Source of the DNA: Cenarchaeum sp.
GTDB lineage: Archaea > Thermoproteota > Nitrososphaeria > Nitrososphaerales > Nitrosopumilaceae
DNA length: 64,000 bases
Reading direction: 5' to 3'
Assembly (NCBI GenBank): GCA_963692915.1
Contig: OY843584.1
Location: forward strand, 768,001-832,000
The notes under the pieces are model-generated. The model was not told where the DNA came from, made no database searches, and saw only the letters and a program-made list of their open reading frames with translations. Positions 19,708-28,311 of the stretch are shown in pieces. Positions within the stretch are counted from its first letter, which is position 1; each line of letters opens with the position of its first letter. The translations under genes were made by a program, and so were the position numbers.

Positions 19708-20730
19708 ATGGAGCCAACAATCACCATGGGGAGACGTGGAATCGTCTGCCACACGCGTGGTCGTGACGTTCATCTCGATCCCTCCGGCCCTGTAGGCGGC
19801 CAAACCGCCTTCGTCTCGCATGCGCACTCTGACCACCTCCCCCCGTCAGGCACGCAGGCCATAGCTTCAGCCGAGACGCGCGAGCTCGCCGGCGCCAGGG
19901 ACGTGTCGCTCCATGGCGCCGAGGACGGGAGCCTCACGATGGTCGACGCGGGCCACATACTCGGGTCGCGGGGGCTGCTCTTTAATGACATATTTTACAC
20001 GGGTGACATTTGCACGCGCACACGCGCGTTTATGCGGGGCGCACAGGTACCGAGGTGCAAGACGCTCATAACCGAGACGACGTTTGGACTTCCGTCATTC
20101 TCCTTTCCCAAACCTGTCGAGGTGGCAAGGAGGGTCAACGGGATAATATCGTCCATGTTTGAGCGCGGAAGGCCCGTGGTTCTCATGGGATACCAGCTCG
20201 GAAAGGCTCAGCTCCTGACGCACATGTTTGGACACTGGGCGCCGCTCTATGCACACGACTCGATAAAGGCGATAAATGACGTGCATTCCAGGATTGGGGT
20301 TCGCCTGCCAGACACCGTGGGTCACACGGAAGCCGAGTCGCGCGGGCTCCTCGAGCGCGGACCGTGGGTTATGATATCGCCGATGGCCACATCAAGGGAC
20401 GGGTTTGTCGCCGGCCTGCAGAAAAAGTATGGTGCGGCAACTGTGGCATTTAGCGGATGGGCGGGAACCGGCCATGCGGCAGCGCGGCGCGGCGCAGACT
20501 ATACCGTGCCGCTAAGCGACCATTGTGACTTTGGCGAGCTGGTGGGCATGGTCATCGCCAGCGGCGCCGAGACGGTCTACACAACACACGGGTATGTCAA
20601 CGAGTTCAGCGCGCACCTGCGCTCGATGGGAATTGACGCAAGGCCGCTCTCAAGGGAGCGAGTCAAGCAAGCCACGCCATCCACGCGTGGCATGCGACTC
20701 CGCCATGGCCGCAGGGCACTCAACGGTTAA
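19708..20730 (+). CDS. MBL-fold/beta-CASP exonuclease (RNA/DNA processing)
   Basis: SHAHSDH, AGHILGS, YTGD, ETTFG, GKAQ, LSDHCDF and THG motifs. ATG 19708 lies after a TATA-like TTTATA. Confidence 0.85.
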   Translation: MEPTITMGRRGIVCHTRGRDVHLDPSGPVGGQTAFVSHAHSDHLPPSGTQAIASAETRELAGARDVSLHGAEDGSLTMVDAGHILGSRGLLFNDIFYTGDICTRTRAFMRGAQVPRCKTLITETTFGLPSFSFPKPVEVARRVNGIISSMFERGRPVVLMGYQLGKAQLLTHMFGHWAPLYAHDSIKAINDVHSRIGVRLPDTVGHTEAESRGLLERGPWVMISPMATSRDGFVAGLQKKYGAATVAFSGWAGTGHAAARRGADYTVPLSDHCDFGELVGMVIASGAETVYTTHGYVNEFSAHLRSMGIDARPLSRERVKQATPSTRGMRLRHGRRALNG

Positions 20731-20759
20731 TTAACCGCCTCGCCGAAGCGCCGCTCAGT

Positions 20760-20863
20760 GCCGGGGTCGCCTAGCCTGGTAGGGCGCGCGCCTGGAAACC
20801 CGCATAGGCCTCAGAGCGCGTATCTTAATCGGTACGGGAGTTCAAATCTCCCCCCCGGCGCCA
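20760..20863 (+). tRNA. tRNA-Ser(GGA) with 17-nt canonical intron (20798-20814)
   Basis: Acceptor GCCGGGG/CCCCGGC-G-CCA, D-arm, anticodon stem CGCGC/GCGCG with CT-GGA-A, intron at 37/38, long variable arm, GTTCAAAT T-loop, upstream TTAATTAA. Confidence 0.92.
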
Positions 20864-20899
20864 AAACAGCAATTACAGGGACTCCCAGGACGCACCGCG

Positions 20900-22195
20900 A
20901 TGGCGAGGTTTGACGTCGCAATTGTGGGCGCAGGCGTGCTTGGCGCGTGCGTCGCGTACTGGGTATCATCGGCATGTCGAGGCTCTGTCTGTGTCCTAGA
21001 GGCCGAGGACAGGCCGGCGATCCATGCGAGCTCACGCAACACGGGTGTAGTCCACTCGCCGTTCTACCTAGAGCCGCGTACGCGCGGTGAGATGGCCTCG
21101 GCAATGGTCACATCGAGGCCAATGTGGAGGCGTCTTGCCGAGCGTGCCGGTGCGCCGTGGTCAGAGGCCGGCGTGATGGAGGTCGCAATTGACGAGTCAC
21201 AGCGCAGCACACTAGAGCGCCACATGGAATGGGGCAACGCAAACGGAATTCCCGAAGGTGAGCTCGAGCTGCTTGACGGACGTGACGTGACGGCCATGGA
21301 GCCCAACGTCAGGTGCAGCGGAGCCCTGCGATGCGCAACAGAGGCCGCAACTGACTATGCGCACCTGACGCGCGCAGTAATTGGAGAGGCCGAGTCAAGC
21401 GGTGCGAGGTTTGCCTTTGGGCACGACGTGTCGCGCATCGAGAAATCGGGATCTGGCCATGCGCTAGTCACGTCAGGCGGGACTCGAATCGAGGCCGGAC
21501 TCGTCATAAACTGTGCCGGTGCGCGTTCACTTGACGTTGCGCGAATGACAGGCCAGGCAGAGAGACACACTGCGCTACACTTTCGTGGCGAGTACTGGGA
21601 GGCAGCAAAAGAGCACGCCGGCCTGGTCGGCACGTCTGTCTATTCGGTTCCGCGGTATCCCGAGTACCCATTCCTTGACCCGCACTGGATCGTCAGGGCA
21701 GACGGGCGCGTCGAGATTGGGCCTAATGCCGTGCCCGTGGCCGGGCCGCTCTCATACATCGGCTCGGGCGGCCCGCGCGCAGTTGTCTCAAAGCTTGGCG
21801 AGGTCCTCTCTGGGAGCGCCTCGCGCATCCTGCGCGATCCTGAATTTCTGCGCATGGCCGCCTCGGAGTGGCGCAGCTCCATGTCCAGGGCAGCGATGGT
21901 CTCGCGCATCCGCGCCTTTGTGCCGTCGGTGCGCGAGGAAATGTTCCCCCGCAACGGAATAGCGGGCATACGAACGCCCATCGTGGGGCCGGACGGAAAG
22001 ATGGCCACTGACACGATCGAGATTTTGGGCGAGTCTGCATGTAGCGTGATAAACTATAACTCGCCGGGCGCAACTGGCGCACCGGCGTATGCTGCGCGCC
22101 TTGTCGCGAGGCTGCGCGAGGGCGGATACCTCCACGGGGCAGGAGGCGACGGGGAGCGCGTGTGGGCAGAGGACGAGGCGCTGCGACAAGGTTAA
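20900..22195 (+). CDS. FAD-dependent oxidoreductase (L-2-hydroxyglutarate oxidase-like)
   Basis: GAGVLG, HASSRNTGVVH, FRGEY, IGPNA, AGIR and SPGATGA motifs. Confidence 0.85.
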   Translation: MARFDVAIVGAGVLGACVAYWVSSACRGSVCVLEAEDRPAIHASSRNTGVVHSPFYLEPRTRGEMASAMVTSRPMWRRLAERAGAPWSEAGVMEVAIDESQRSTLERHMEWGNANGIPEGELELLDGRDVTAMEPNVRCSGALRCATEAATDYAHLTRAVIGEAESSGARFAFGHDVSRIEKSGSGHALVTSGGTRIEAGLVINCAGARSLDVARMTGQAERHTALHFRGEYWEAAKEHAGLVGTSVYSVPRYPEYPFLDPHWIVRADGRVEIGPNAVPVAGPLSYIGSGGPRAVVSKLGEVLSGSASRILRDPEFLRMAASEWRSSMSRAAMVSRIRAFVPSVREEMFPRNGIAGIRTPIVGPDGKMATDTIEILGESACSVINYNSPGATGAPAYAARLVARLREGGYLHGAGGDGERVWAEDEALRQG

Positions 22196-22223
22196 TACCG
22201 CACCCCGCCTACGTGCGGCATCG

Positions 22224-22484
22224 ATGATGCCTAGCACGTGCTCTGTTGGCGAGGAGGGCAGGCGGTGCCCCAATGCGCCCACAAAGGTCATCTCCATAGA
22301 GTCAACTGACGGCGAGTACATGGTCGGCGTGTCATGCGAGCGCCATGCCACAGCCATGCGAGCGCGCGTCATGGCCCTGCAGCGCCGTGGCAGCATCAGG
22401 GACGGCAGCGTGCGCCTAGCGCCGCTTAGCGCAGTGGGAACCGACTGCATCAGGGGGGACGGCGATGACCTCATCATGCCATGA
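22224..22484 (+). CDS. Small Cys-containing hypothetical protein
   Basis: MPSTCSV..CPNAP..EYMVGVSCERH..VGTDCI, ATG about 25 nt after GTTAATA. Confidence 0.65.
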   Translation: MMPSTCSVGEEGRRCPNAPTKVISIESTDGEYMVGVSCERHATAMRARVMALQRRGSIRDGSVRLAPLSAVGTDCIRGDGDDLIMP

Positions 22485-22538
22485 GGTGCGCACGGCGTTG
22501 AGCCCGCACCTTGGAGGCCATGCGTGGACGTGGGTGCG

Positions 22539-22997
22539 ATGTGGAGAATAGAGCGCGAGGAGGACTATTACAGGATATACGACTCCAAGAGGGACATTGC
22601 CGCATACCTGGATCCCGACTATGGCGTCTCCTATGACGACGAGGGCGTTGACGAAAAGATCGACGAGATGGTTCGCGGCGGGAGCAGCGTTCGCGGCGGG
22701 TATGTCATGGTTCCAATGGCAAAGTTTGGCATATTTGACACCGACTATAACGCGAATATCGCAAGCCTCCAGGAGAGCCTAGGCGGCGTGGTGAGCCGCG
22801 TGGAGCGCTGGCGCGAGTTCGCCGAGTCGTGGCCCGGCGGCGCTGAGCACCATGTGCGCATATCGCACACGGATCATGACATGCTCAGCGTCACGTTCTA
22901 TGTGCCGTTTGGGCGCGACGTGCGCCTCAAAAATGACGAGCTTATCGAGGCCGTGACCCCAATGCTCGACGAGCTTGCCAAGAGAAGCCTGCTCTAG
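22539..22997 (+). CDS. Hypothetical protein
   Basis: Acidic 152-aa ORF with genome-typical codon usage. Confidence 0.7.
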   Translation: MWRIEREEDYYRIYDSKRDIAAYLDPDYGVSYDDEGVDEKIDEMVRGGSSVRGGYVMVPMAKFGIFDTDYNANIASLQESLGGVVSRVERWREFAESWPGGAEHHVRISHTDHDMLSVTFYVPFGRDVRLKNDELIEAVTPMLDELAKRSLL

Positions 22998-23488
22998 CCG
23001 GCAGGCCTGCCGCGCTGCGCGTCAGCAAAGGCCGAGAGGGCCTCAGACTCGTACTCGAACGCGTCCTGCAGCAGCGCATCAGAGCGCGACCTGCTAGACT
23101 CATCACGCAGGCGGACCCACTCTGCGTGCGCCTCGTCGCTGTCGCGCTGTGACACAGCAGAGAGCTCAAACAGCCTGACTGCCGCATCAAATCCCTGCGG
23201 CGCATCAAGGGACGAGTATCGCGCGACAATGCCGTCCATGCGATCCAGGTGCATGTCATAGTATTCCAGCATTGCGGCATCAGTCATGTTGCCCGCACTC
23301 CACGCGCGTGTGCGCAGCGCGAGGGCGTCCTGCGCGGCCTTTAGATCGTCTTGCGTGTTGAGGAGCGAGTTTCCAAACATAAGTCCGGCAACACGAACCT
23401 GCTCGCGCGTGTGGTGCGTGTAGGCCGCTGCGACCACGATTACTGCAATGACGCCGGCGGCAATTATGATCTTTTGCGTGTCATTCAA
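22994..23488 (-). CDS. Membrane-anchored hypothetical protein
   Basis: N-terminal hydrophobic helix IIIAAGVIAVIVVAAAY followed by a helical domain. Confidence 0.7.
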   Translation of the reverse strand: MNDTQKIIIAAGVIAVIVVAAAYTHHTREQVRVAGLMFGNSLLNTQDDLKAAQDALALRTRAWSAGNMTDAAMLEYYDMHLDRMDGIVARYSSLDAPQGFDAAVRLFELSAVSQRDSDEAHAEWVRLRDESSRSRSDALLQDAFEYESEALSAFADAQRGRPAG

Positions 23489-23490
23489 GG

Positions 23491-23784
23491 CTATCCGACA
23501 TAATGACCGTGCTCGTCTGTCACGAGGTCGATCGTCATCTCGGTTCCGCTGATGAACGAATCGTTGCGTATTGTCCTCACGCGGCCGACATCAAGGTGAT
23601 GTGGCCAGATCTCCACGACGATGGCGCCCACCTCGATCTCATCAGGCGCGTCAGTCAGGACAATGTCCTCGGCGCGCACGCCATGATCCTGCAGCTTTTT
23701 GAGCGCGTGCTCGACGAGCGGTTCGGGATTGTTGTGGTTTATCGCCCACACCTTGCCAGTGTAGGAGATCGCGCTCTCTGGCAA
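23491..23784 (-). CDS. Conserved hypothetical protein
   Basis: 97-aa ORF tightly packed in an operon with neighbours. Confidence 0.7.
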   Translation of the reverse strand: MPESAISYTGKVWAINHNNPEPLVEHALKKLQDHGVRAEDIVLTDAPDEIEVGAIVVEIWPHHLDVGRVRTIRNDSFISGTEMTIDLVTDEHGHYVG

Positions 23785-23787
23785 CGC

Positions 23788-24024
23788 TCACTCCTCGCTT
23801 ATCACGTTTAGCGTGATCGTGCTCACGACGCGCGTGAGCTTGCGTATGCGCGTGGCCACTGTCTTCTCAAACTCCTCAGTCGTCGGCGTCTCTACCTCGG
23901 CGATAATGTCGTACGCCCCAAAGGTAAGGCGTGCCGTCTTTACGCCGGGGATTCGCGATATCTCCTCTAGGACATACTCTTCAGCTCCAAGGTCACAGTT
24001 GAGCAGCACATATCCGGCGTGCAT
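23788..24024 (-). CDS. Lrp/AsnC ligand-binding (RAM) domain protein
   Basis: YVLLNCDLG...FGAYDIIAEVE...IRKL..VVSTITL. Confidence 0.85.
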   Translation of the reverse strand: MHAGYVLLNCDLGAEEYVLEEISRIPGVKTARLTFGAYDIIAEVETPTTEEFEKTVATRIRKLTRVVSTITLNVISEE

Positions 24025-24064
24025 TGCGCATCGCGCCCATCAGGGCCACTTTAAAGCGTGTCGG

Positions 24065-25444
24065 CTACCAGCGGCTGCGAAGGCCGCGATAGTCCCTCTT
24101 TGCGCCACGAAAGCTGCGTGGTGGGCCACCACTGCGGCCGCCGCCCTCGCGCCTGCCGCCCTCTCGGCCACCTTCACGGCCGCCACGTGAACCCCCACGG
24201 TCACGGCCTCGCGGCCCGTCGCGGTCACGGCCACGGCCCCTAAAGCCACCGCGTCTTGGGGGACCCCGCTGGCCAAATCGCGAGCCTGTGCGCGGAACGT
24301 CGCGCTTTAGGCGATCAGGTATGTTGACCTCTATTCCCAACGCCGCGTTGAGGTCAGTCATGTCGACCTTTACCTGCCGCTTTATGATGTTAAAGTCGCC
24401 CACTGACGAGTATGAGACTAGCGTGATCGCGCGTCCCTTGGCTCCTGCGCGCGCCGTGCGCCCGATGCGGTGAAAGTAGACCATCTCCTGGTTTGGCACG
24501 TCATAGTTGACGACGAGTGCGACCTCGGGCACGTCGATTCCGCGCGCGGCGACATCAGTGGCCGCGAGTATCTGGGCCTTGCCCTGGCGGAACTTTGACA
24601 TGGAGTGCTCGCGCTTGTTTTGGGACATGTCTCCCTCGATTGCGACTGTGTCGAACTTTTCATCGCGCAGCATCTTTGCGACATCACGCGTGCGCCACTT
24701 TGTCGAGCAGAACACGATCGTCTGCCCCTCCCCGTTCTCGCGTATGAATTGTGTGAGATACTTCATCTTTTCGCGGTCGCGCAGCACTAGAAACGACTGG
24801 TCAATGCCCTCGCCGCTCAGGTCATCGGCGTCAAGGAGAAACTGCTTTGGGTTGTTCAGGTACTCCTCGGCGAGCCGCAGTATTGGAACCGGCATCGTCG
24901 CCGAGAATAGCGACATGACCTTCTCCTTTGGCGTCTGTGCAATGATAAACTCAATGTCCTCAACGAACCCCATGTCTAGCATCGTGTCAGCCTCGTCGAG
25001 CACAACGTGCGCGACATGCTCGAGGGTCACTGACTCGCGCTCTATGTGGTCTATGAGGCGACCCGGCGTGGCGACTATAATGTCGGCTCCGCGCTCTAGC
25101 TCGTCTAGCTGTCCGCCCATGCCAGCCCCGCCATATATCGCAACTACGCGCATGCCGGTGTGCCGGCCAAACTTTTTGATCTCTGTTGTTATCTGGAGCG
25201 CAAGCTCGCGCGTTGGCGCAACGACGAGACCCTGGATTCCGTGACCTGGATCTATTGACTGGAGCATCGATATCGCGTATGCGGCTGTCTTGCCGGTTCC
25301 CGTGTGAGCCTGGCCGATAACGTCACGGCCGGAGAGCAAAACGGGTATGGCCGCCTCCTGTATTGGAAAGGCCTCCTCAAATCCCTGCTCTACTAGGGCA
25401 TCTAGTATACTCTGCTTGATTCCAAGCTCTTCGAACCGTGTCAT
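24065..25444 (-). CDS. DEAD-box RNA helicase with RGG-rich tail
   Basis: Q motif, TGTGKT, PTRELA, TPGR, DEAD, SAT, ARGID and HRIGRTAR. ATG 25444. Confidence 0.95.
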   Translation of the reverse strand: MTRFEELGIKQSILDALVEQGFEEAFPIQEAAIPVLLSGRDVIGQAHTGTGKTAAYAISMLQSIDPGHGIQGLVVAPTRELALQITTEIKKFGRHTGMRVVAIYGGAGMGGQLDELERGADIIVATPGRLIDHIERESVTLEHVAHVVLDEADTMLDMGFVEDIEFIIAQTPKEKVMSLFSATMPVPILRLAEEYLNNPKQFLLDADDLSGEGIDQSFLVLRDREKMKYLTQFIRENGEGQTIVFCSTKWRTRDVAKMLRDEKFDTVAIEGDMSQNKREHSMSKFRQGKAQILAATDVAARGIDVPEVALVVNYDVPNQEMVYFHRIGRTARAGAKGRAITLVSYSSVGDFNIIKRQVKVDMTDLNAALGIEVNIPDRLKRDVPRTGSRFGQRGPPRRGGFRGRGRDRDGPRGRDRGGSRGGREGGREGGRREGGGRSGGPPRSFRGAKRDYRGLRSRW

Positions 25445-25561
25445 CTCTTCTTCTTCTCTAGGCAATGACAGAGAAGGTCATTGCCGCTCCGCCATTATTC
25501 CGTTAAGAGGTGGCGATTTTGCCATATTTATAAACTATTCGCCCCACGGGGGCATGGTGGA

Positions 25562-25635
25562 AGCCAATGGGGGGCTTTGAACCCCCGACCTTTCGCTTAC
25601 AAGGCGAATGCTCTACCAGGCTGAGCTACATTGGC
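25562..25635 (-). tRNA. tRNA-Thr(TGT)
   Basis: GCCAATGTAGCTCAGCCTGGTAGAGCATTCGCCTTGTAAGCGAAAGGTCGGGGGTTCAAAGCCCCCCATTGGCT folds as a cloverleaf. Confidence 0.95.
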
Positions 25636-25718
25636 GACGGCAGCCACGCGCCGGGAGTCTTGTTTAAACCGTTTGGAGGCGTGCGAGTTTTATAGAGCCA
25701 CAGGCAGCCGCGCAGCCA

Positions 25719-25916
25719 GTGCGTCGCTTAAAGCCCAAAAAGCTCAAAGTCATGCTCTACGCCTTTATGGGCACCGGGGCGTTTGGCATAATCATGGGTC
25801 TTGTGACTGAGACCTTTTATGTGACGTTCCTAGGCACGATAAACCTCTGCCTTGGAGGCCTAGTAGGGTGGCTCTACCTGACGCGTGAGCCACGGCGTGG
25901 CCGGCACCGCAATTAA
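25719..25916 (+). CDS. Small 2-TM membrane protein
   Basis: 65 aa with two hydrophobic helices, GTG after TTTTATA. Confidence 0.65.
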   Translation: MRRLKPKKLKVMLYAFMGTGAFGIIMGLVTETFYVTFLGTINLCLGGLVGWLYLTREPRRGRHRN

Positions 25917-25951
25917 GACATAAATATTGACAGTCTCGCGCGCGCGCAGAG

Positions 25952-26503
25952 TTGATTGATCTTGTGCCAAAGCGCCTCTTTCTCACAAAGGGAAAGGGCG
26001 TCCATGAGGATCGCCTGACGAGCTTTGAGTATGCCCTGCGCGACGCCGGCATTGCAGGAACAAACCTCGTCCTGATATCTAGCATATTCCCGCCAAAGGC
26101 AAAGCTCATCTCGAGAAAGGCCGGCCTCGCCGAGATAAAGGCCGGCCAGATACTCTTTACGATATATTCCAAAAACCAGACAAACGAGCCACATCGGCTC
26201 TGCGCCGCATCAGTCGGCGTTGCGCAGCCAAAGGACACGACGCGCTACGGATACCTCTCCGAGTACGACTCGTTTGGGCAGAGCGAAAAGCAGGCCGGCG
26301 ACTATGCCGAGGATGTCGCCGCGCAGATGCTCGCATCCTCGCTTGGGATAAAGTTTGACATTGACAAGAGCTGGGACGAAAAGAGGCAACAGTGGACGAT
26401 ATCGGGCCAGATATACAAGACGTCAAACGTGACGCAGACGGCAAAGGGAGATCGCGGCGGCAAGTGGACAACGGTCTTTGCTGCTGCCGTGCTTTTATTT
26501 TAG
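25952..26503 (+). CDS. pdaD: Pyruvoyl-dependent arginine decarboxylase
   Basis: SFEYALRDAGI..NLVLISSIFP self-cleavage site, GYLSE and WTTVFAAAV. Confidence 0.9.
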   Translation: MIDLVPKRLFLTKGKGVHEDRLTSFEYALRDAGIAGTNLVLISSIFPPKAKLISRKAGLAEIKAGQILFTIYSKNQTNEPHRLCAASVGVAQPKDTTRYGYLSEYDSFGQSEKQAGDYAEDVAAQMLASSLGIKFDIDKSWDEKRQQWTISGQIYKTSNVTQTAKGDRGGKWTTVFAAAVLLF

Positions 26504-27684
26504 CGCCTTCGCAGCAGATAGAGCGCAGCTCCGGCGGCTCCGACGATGATTGCGCCCATCACGTAGAGAATCAGCGGGTCGGTCCCGTCCGTTCCTGGCG
26601 GTGCCGGGGTAACAGTCGGGGGTTGTGAAGCAGTTGGCTGCGATGGCTCTGAAGGCTCTTCGATCGGAACTATCGAGAATGCGAGCTCCTCGTCCTCGAC
26701 TAGCCTGTTGTCGCCAAACAGGAACCGTCCGTCTATGAACGGGCCTGTTGACGGGTCAAAGACCCAGCCAGAGTGGCCGACTGCTGACGGGAGGAGCTCG
26801 CCGTTGATAAAGACTGTCGGCAAGAGTGTCGTTGAGGACGGCAGTATGCGCGAGGGCACATCAGGAACCACTATGGCGCGAACCAGCGATCCGAGCGGGT
26901 TGGAACCGTATGGAAACACGTCTGAGCGCTCAAGGGAGCTGACCGGCAGGAGCGCAAGTGGGTCGACCTCGCGCGAGTCGGCACCCTCAAGGATCGCCGA
27001 GACGCGAACCTGCATGAACGGCGCGCCGGCCACCGGCGTGATGGAGATCAGCATCTGCGAGCCCTCGAGGGCAACGATGCGCCTAGACGCCTCGTAAAAG
27101 CCGCCCCCGTCGCGTATGTCGCGCGAGAGGATGATGCCGCCGATCTTTGTGTGCATCGAGGCCGTGTGCTCCTGCGGCATCGTATAGACGGCCGAGACTA
27201 TGCGCCGGTCAGCGGCCTGCGCAAGGCGTGCGCCCTCGCTGTGGTGGATATAGACCGAGTGGAACGATGCGCGCGTGTCAAAGGCCTCGTTGAGCTCGTC
27301 GATGTACGAGTCACCGATCGCACGCGCGCCTGCCTGCACTGCGTCAATGCCGTCCCACTCGCCGCTGCGCAGCGCGCTCACAAGTATGCACGACTCTCCA
27401 AGGACGCCGGGGACGCACGAGTCCTCGTTGGTCACTGCGATGTAGGCAATGCGATCGTCTGCCCCAATCCTCGAGGCAAGCTCGCCAGGGAGCATGATGT
27501 CATTTGTGCTCGTGCTCTGGAGCGTTATCGAGACTGTTGTGTTACCGGCACCGGCCGTGTTGACTAGAACCTGCGCGACCTCGTGGAATGGAATAGTGTC
27601 GTCATCCTGGGCAACTGACGGCAAGACTTGCGACACGGCCACCAATAGGGTGGCAAGTATCAGAATCCTGGCGAACACGCGCAC
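26500..27684 (-). CDS. Secreted/surface protein with Pro-rich linker and C-terminal TM anchor
   Basis: Signal peptide, PSEPSQPT..PPT linker, C-terminal hydrophobic helix plus RRR. Confidence 0.75.
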   Translation of the reverse strand: MRVFARILILATLLVAVSQVLPSVAQDDDTIPFHEVAQVLVNTAGAGNTTVSITLQSTSTNDIMLPGELASRIGADDRIAYIAVTNEDSCVPGVLGESCILVSALRSGEWDGIDAVQAGARAIGDSYIDELNEAFDTRASFHSVYIHHSEGARLAQAADRRIVSAVYTMPQEHTASMHTKIGGIILSRDIRDGGGFYEASRRIVALEGSQMLISITPVAGAPFMQVRVSAILEGADSREVDPLALLPVSSLERSDVFPYGSNPLGSLVRAIVVPDVPSRILPSSTTLLPTVFINGELLPSAVGHSGWVFDPSTGPFIDGRFLFGDNRLVEDEELAFSIVPIEEPSEPSQPTASQPPTVTPAPPGTDGTDPLILYVMGAIIVGAAGAALYLLRRR

Positions 27685-27695
27685 GGCTCGTGCGC

Positions 27696-27713
27696 CATGA
27701 CATAAAAGTCATG
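27696..27713. promoter_or_regulatory. Palindrome CATGAC-ATAAAA-GTCATG over the TATA-like box of the surface-protein gene
   Basis: Perfect 6-bp inverted repeat whose spacer reads TTTTAT on the minus strand, 12-29 nt upstream of the GTG. Confidence 0.4.
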
Positions 27714-28240
27714 CGTGGGCGCACGACGCCACAACTGCCACATGAACCACACGGATGGTACCCACGGAGATTTCGGATAATGGCATCGTCAAGGTCAGGG
27801 CAGGATCAAGGTTGGGCAGACAAAACGTTCGAAAACCACATTCAGCACTTTAGCAGCTGGATTTTTAGAGTCAAGTTGACAAAACGACATTCATGGCATT
27901 TAGCACGTATTTTGGCCATAGGCGCAAATGTCATGATTCGTCATTGCTTTTGATCACTTTTTTAATGTTTATTCCTTTATTGTGCATATTGATGCCAATA
28001 TCTATAGACTTTCCTGGTGAGAATTAGCGGGTCTCCACGGCGCAGGTGGGCATGGGGCTCGTCGACGATTAGCGCCATACCCACGACCCTGAATCAGAGC
28101 AGCTAGGGAGTGCGCATTTGACAGTTCCAAACGATACAATGTGGGGCAAAAGGTCATCACCCATGCGGTCTGCTAGGCAGGCCGTCGCGCGTGCGCTGCC
28201 CGGCGCCCTAGCTTTAAATCACCACGCTCAGGCGCTCCCG

Positions 28241-28311
28241 TCGGCATCGCTTCAAACCGTATGGGGCACAGGGAGCCGGTATCCAGTGCGTTGGATGCCG
28301 GCTCCCCCTTT
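28241..28311 (+). ncRNA. Candidate small RNA / strong hairpin with U-tail
   Basis: 15-16 bp stem at 28271-28306 with G-U pairs valid only on the + strand, followed by CTTTT. TTTAAAT at 28213-28219. Confidence 0.35.

Noticed and set aside
24065-24290. Repeat-like RGG/REGG tail of the DEAD-box helicase
   Set aside because: An ordinary low-complexity RNA-binding tail for this family.
20760-25635. tRNA-anchored integrated element between tRNA-Ser and tRNA-Thr
   Set aside because: No integrase, no duplicated tRNA 3' end seen, and the intervening genes look like core genome.
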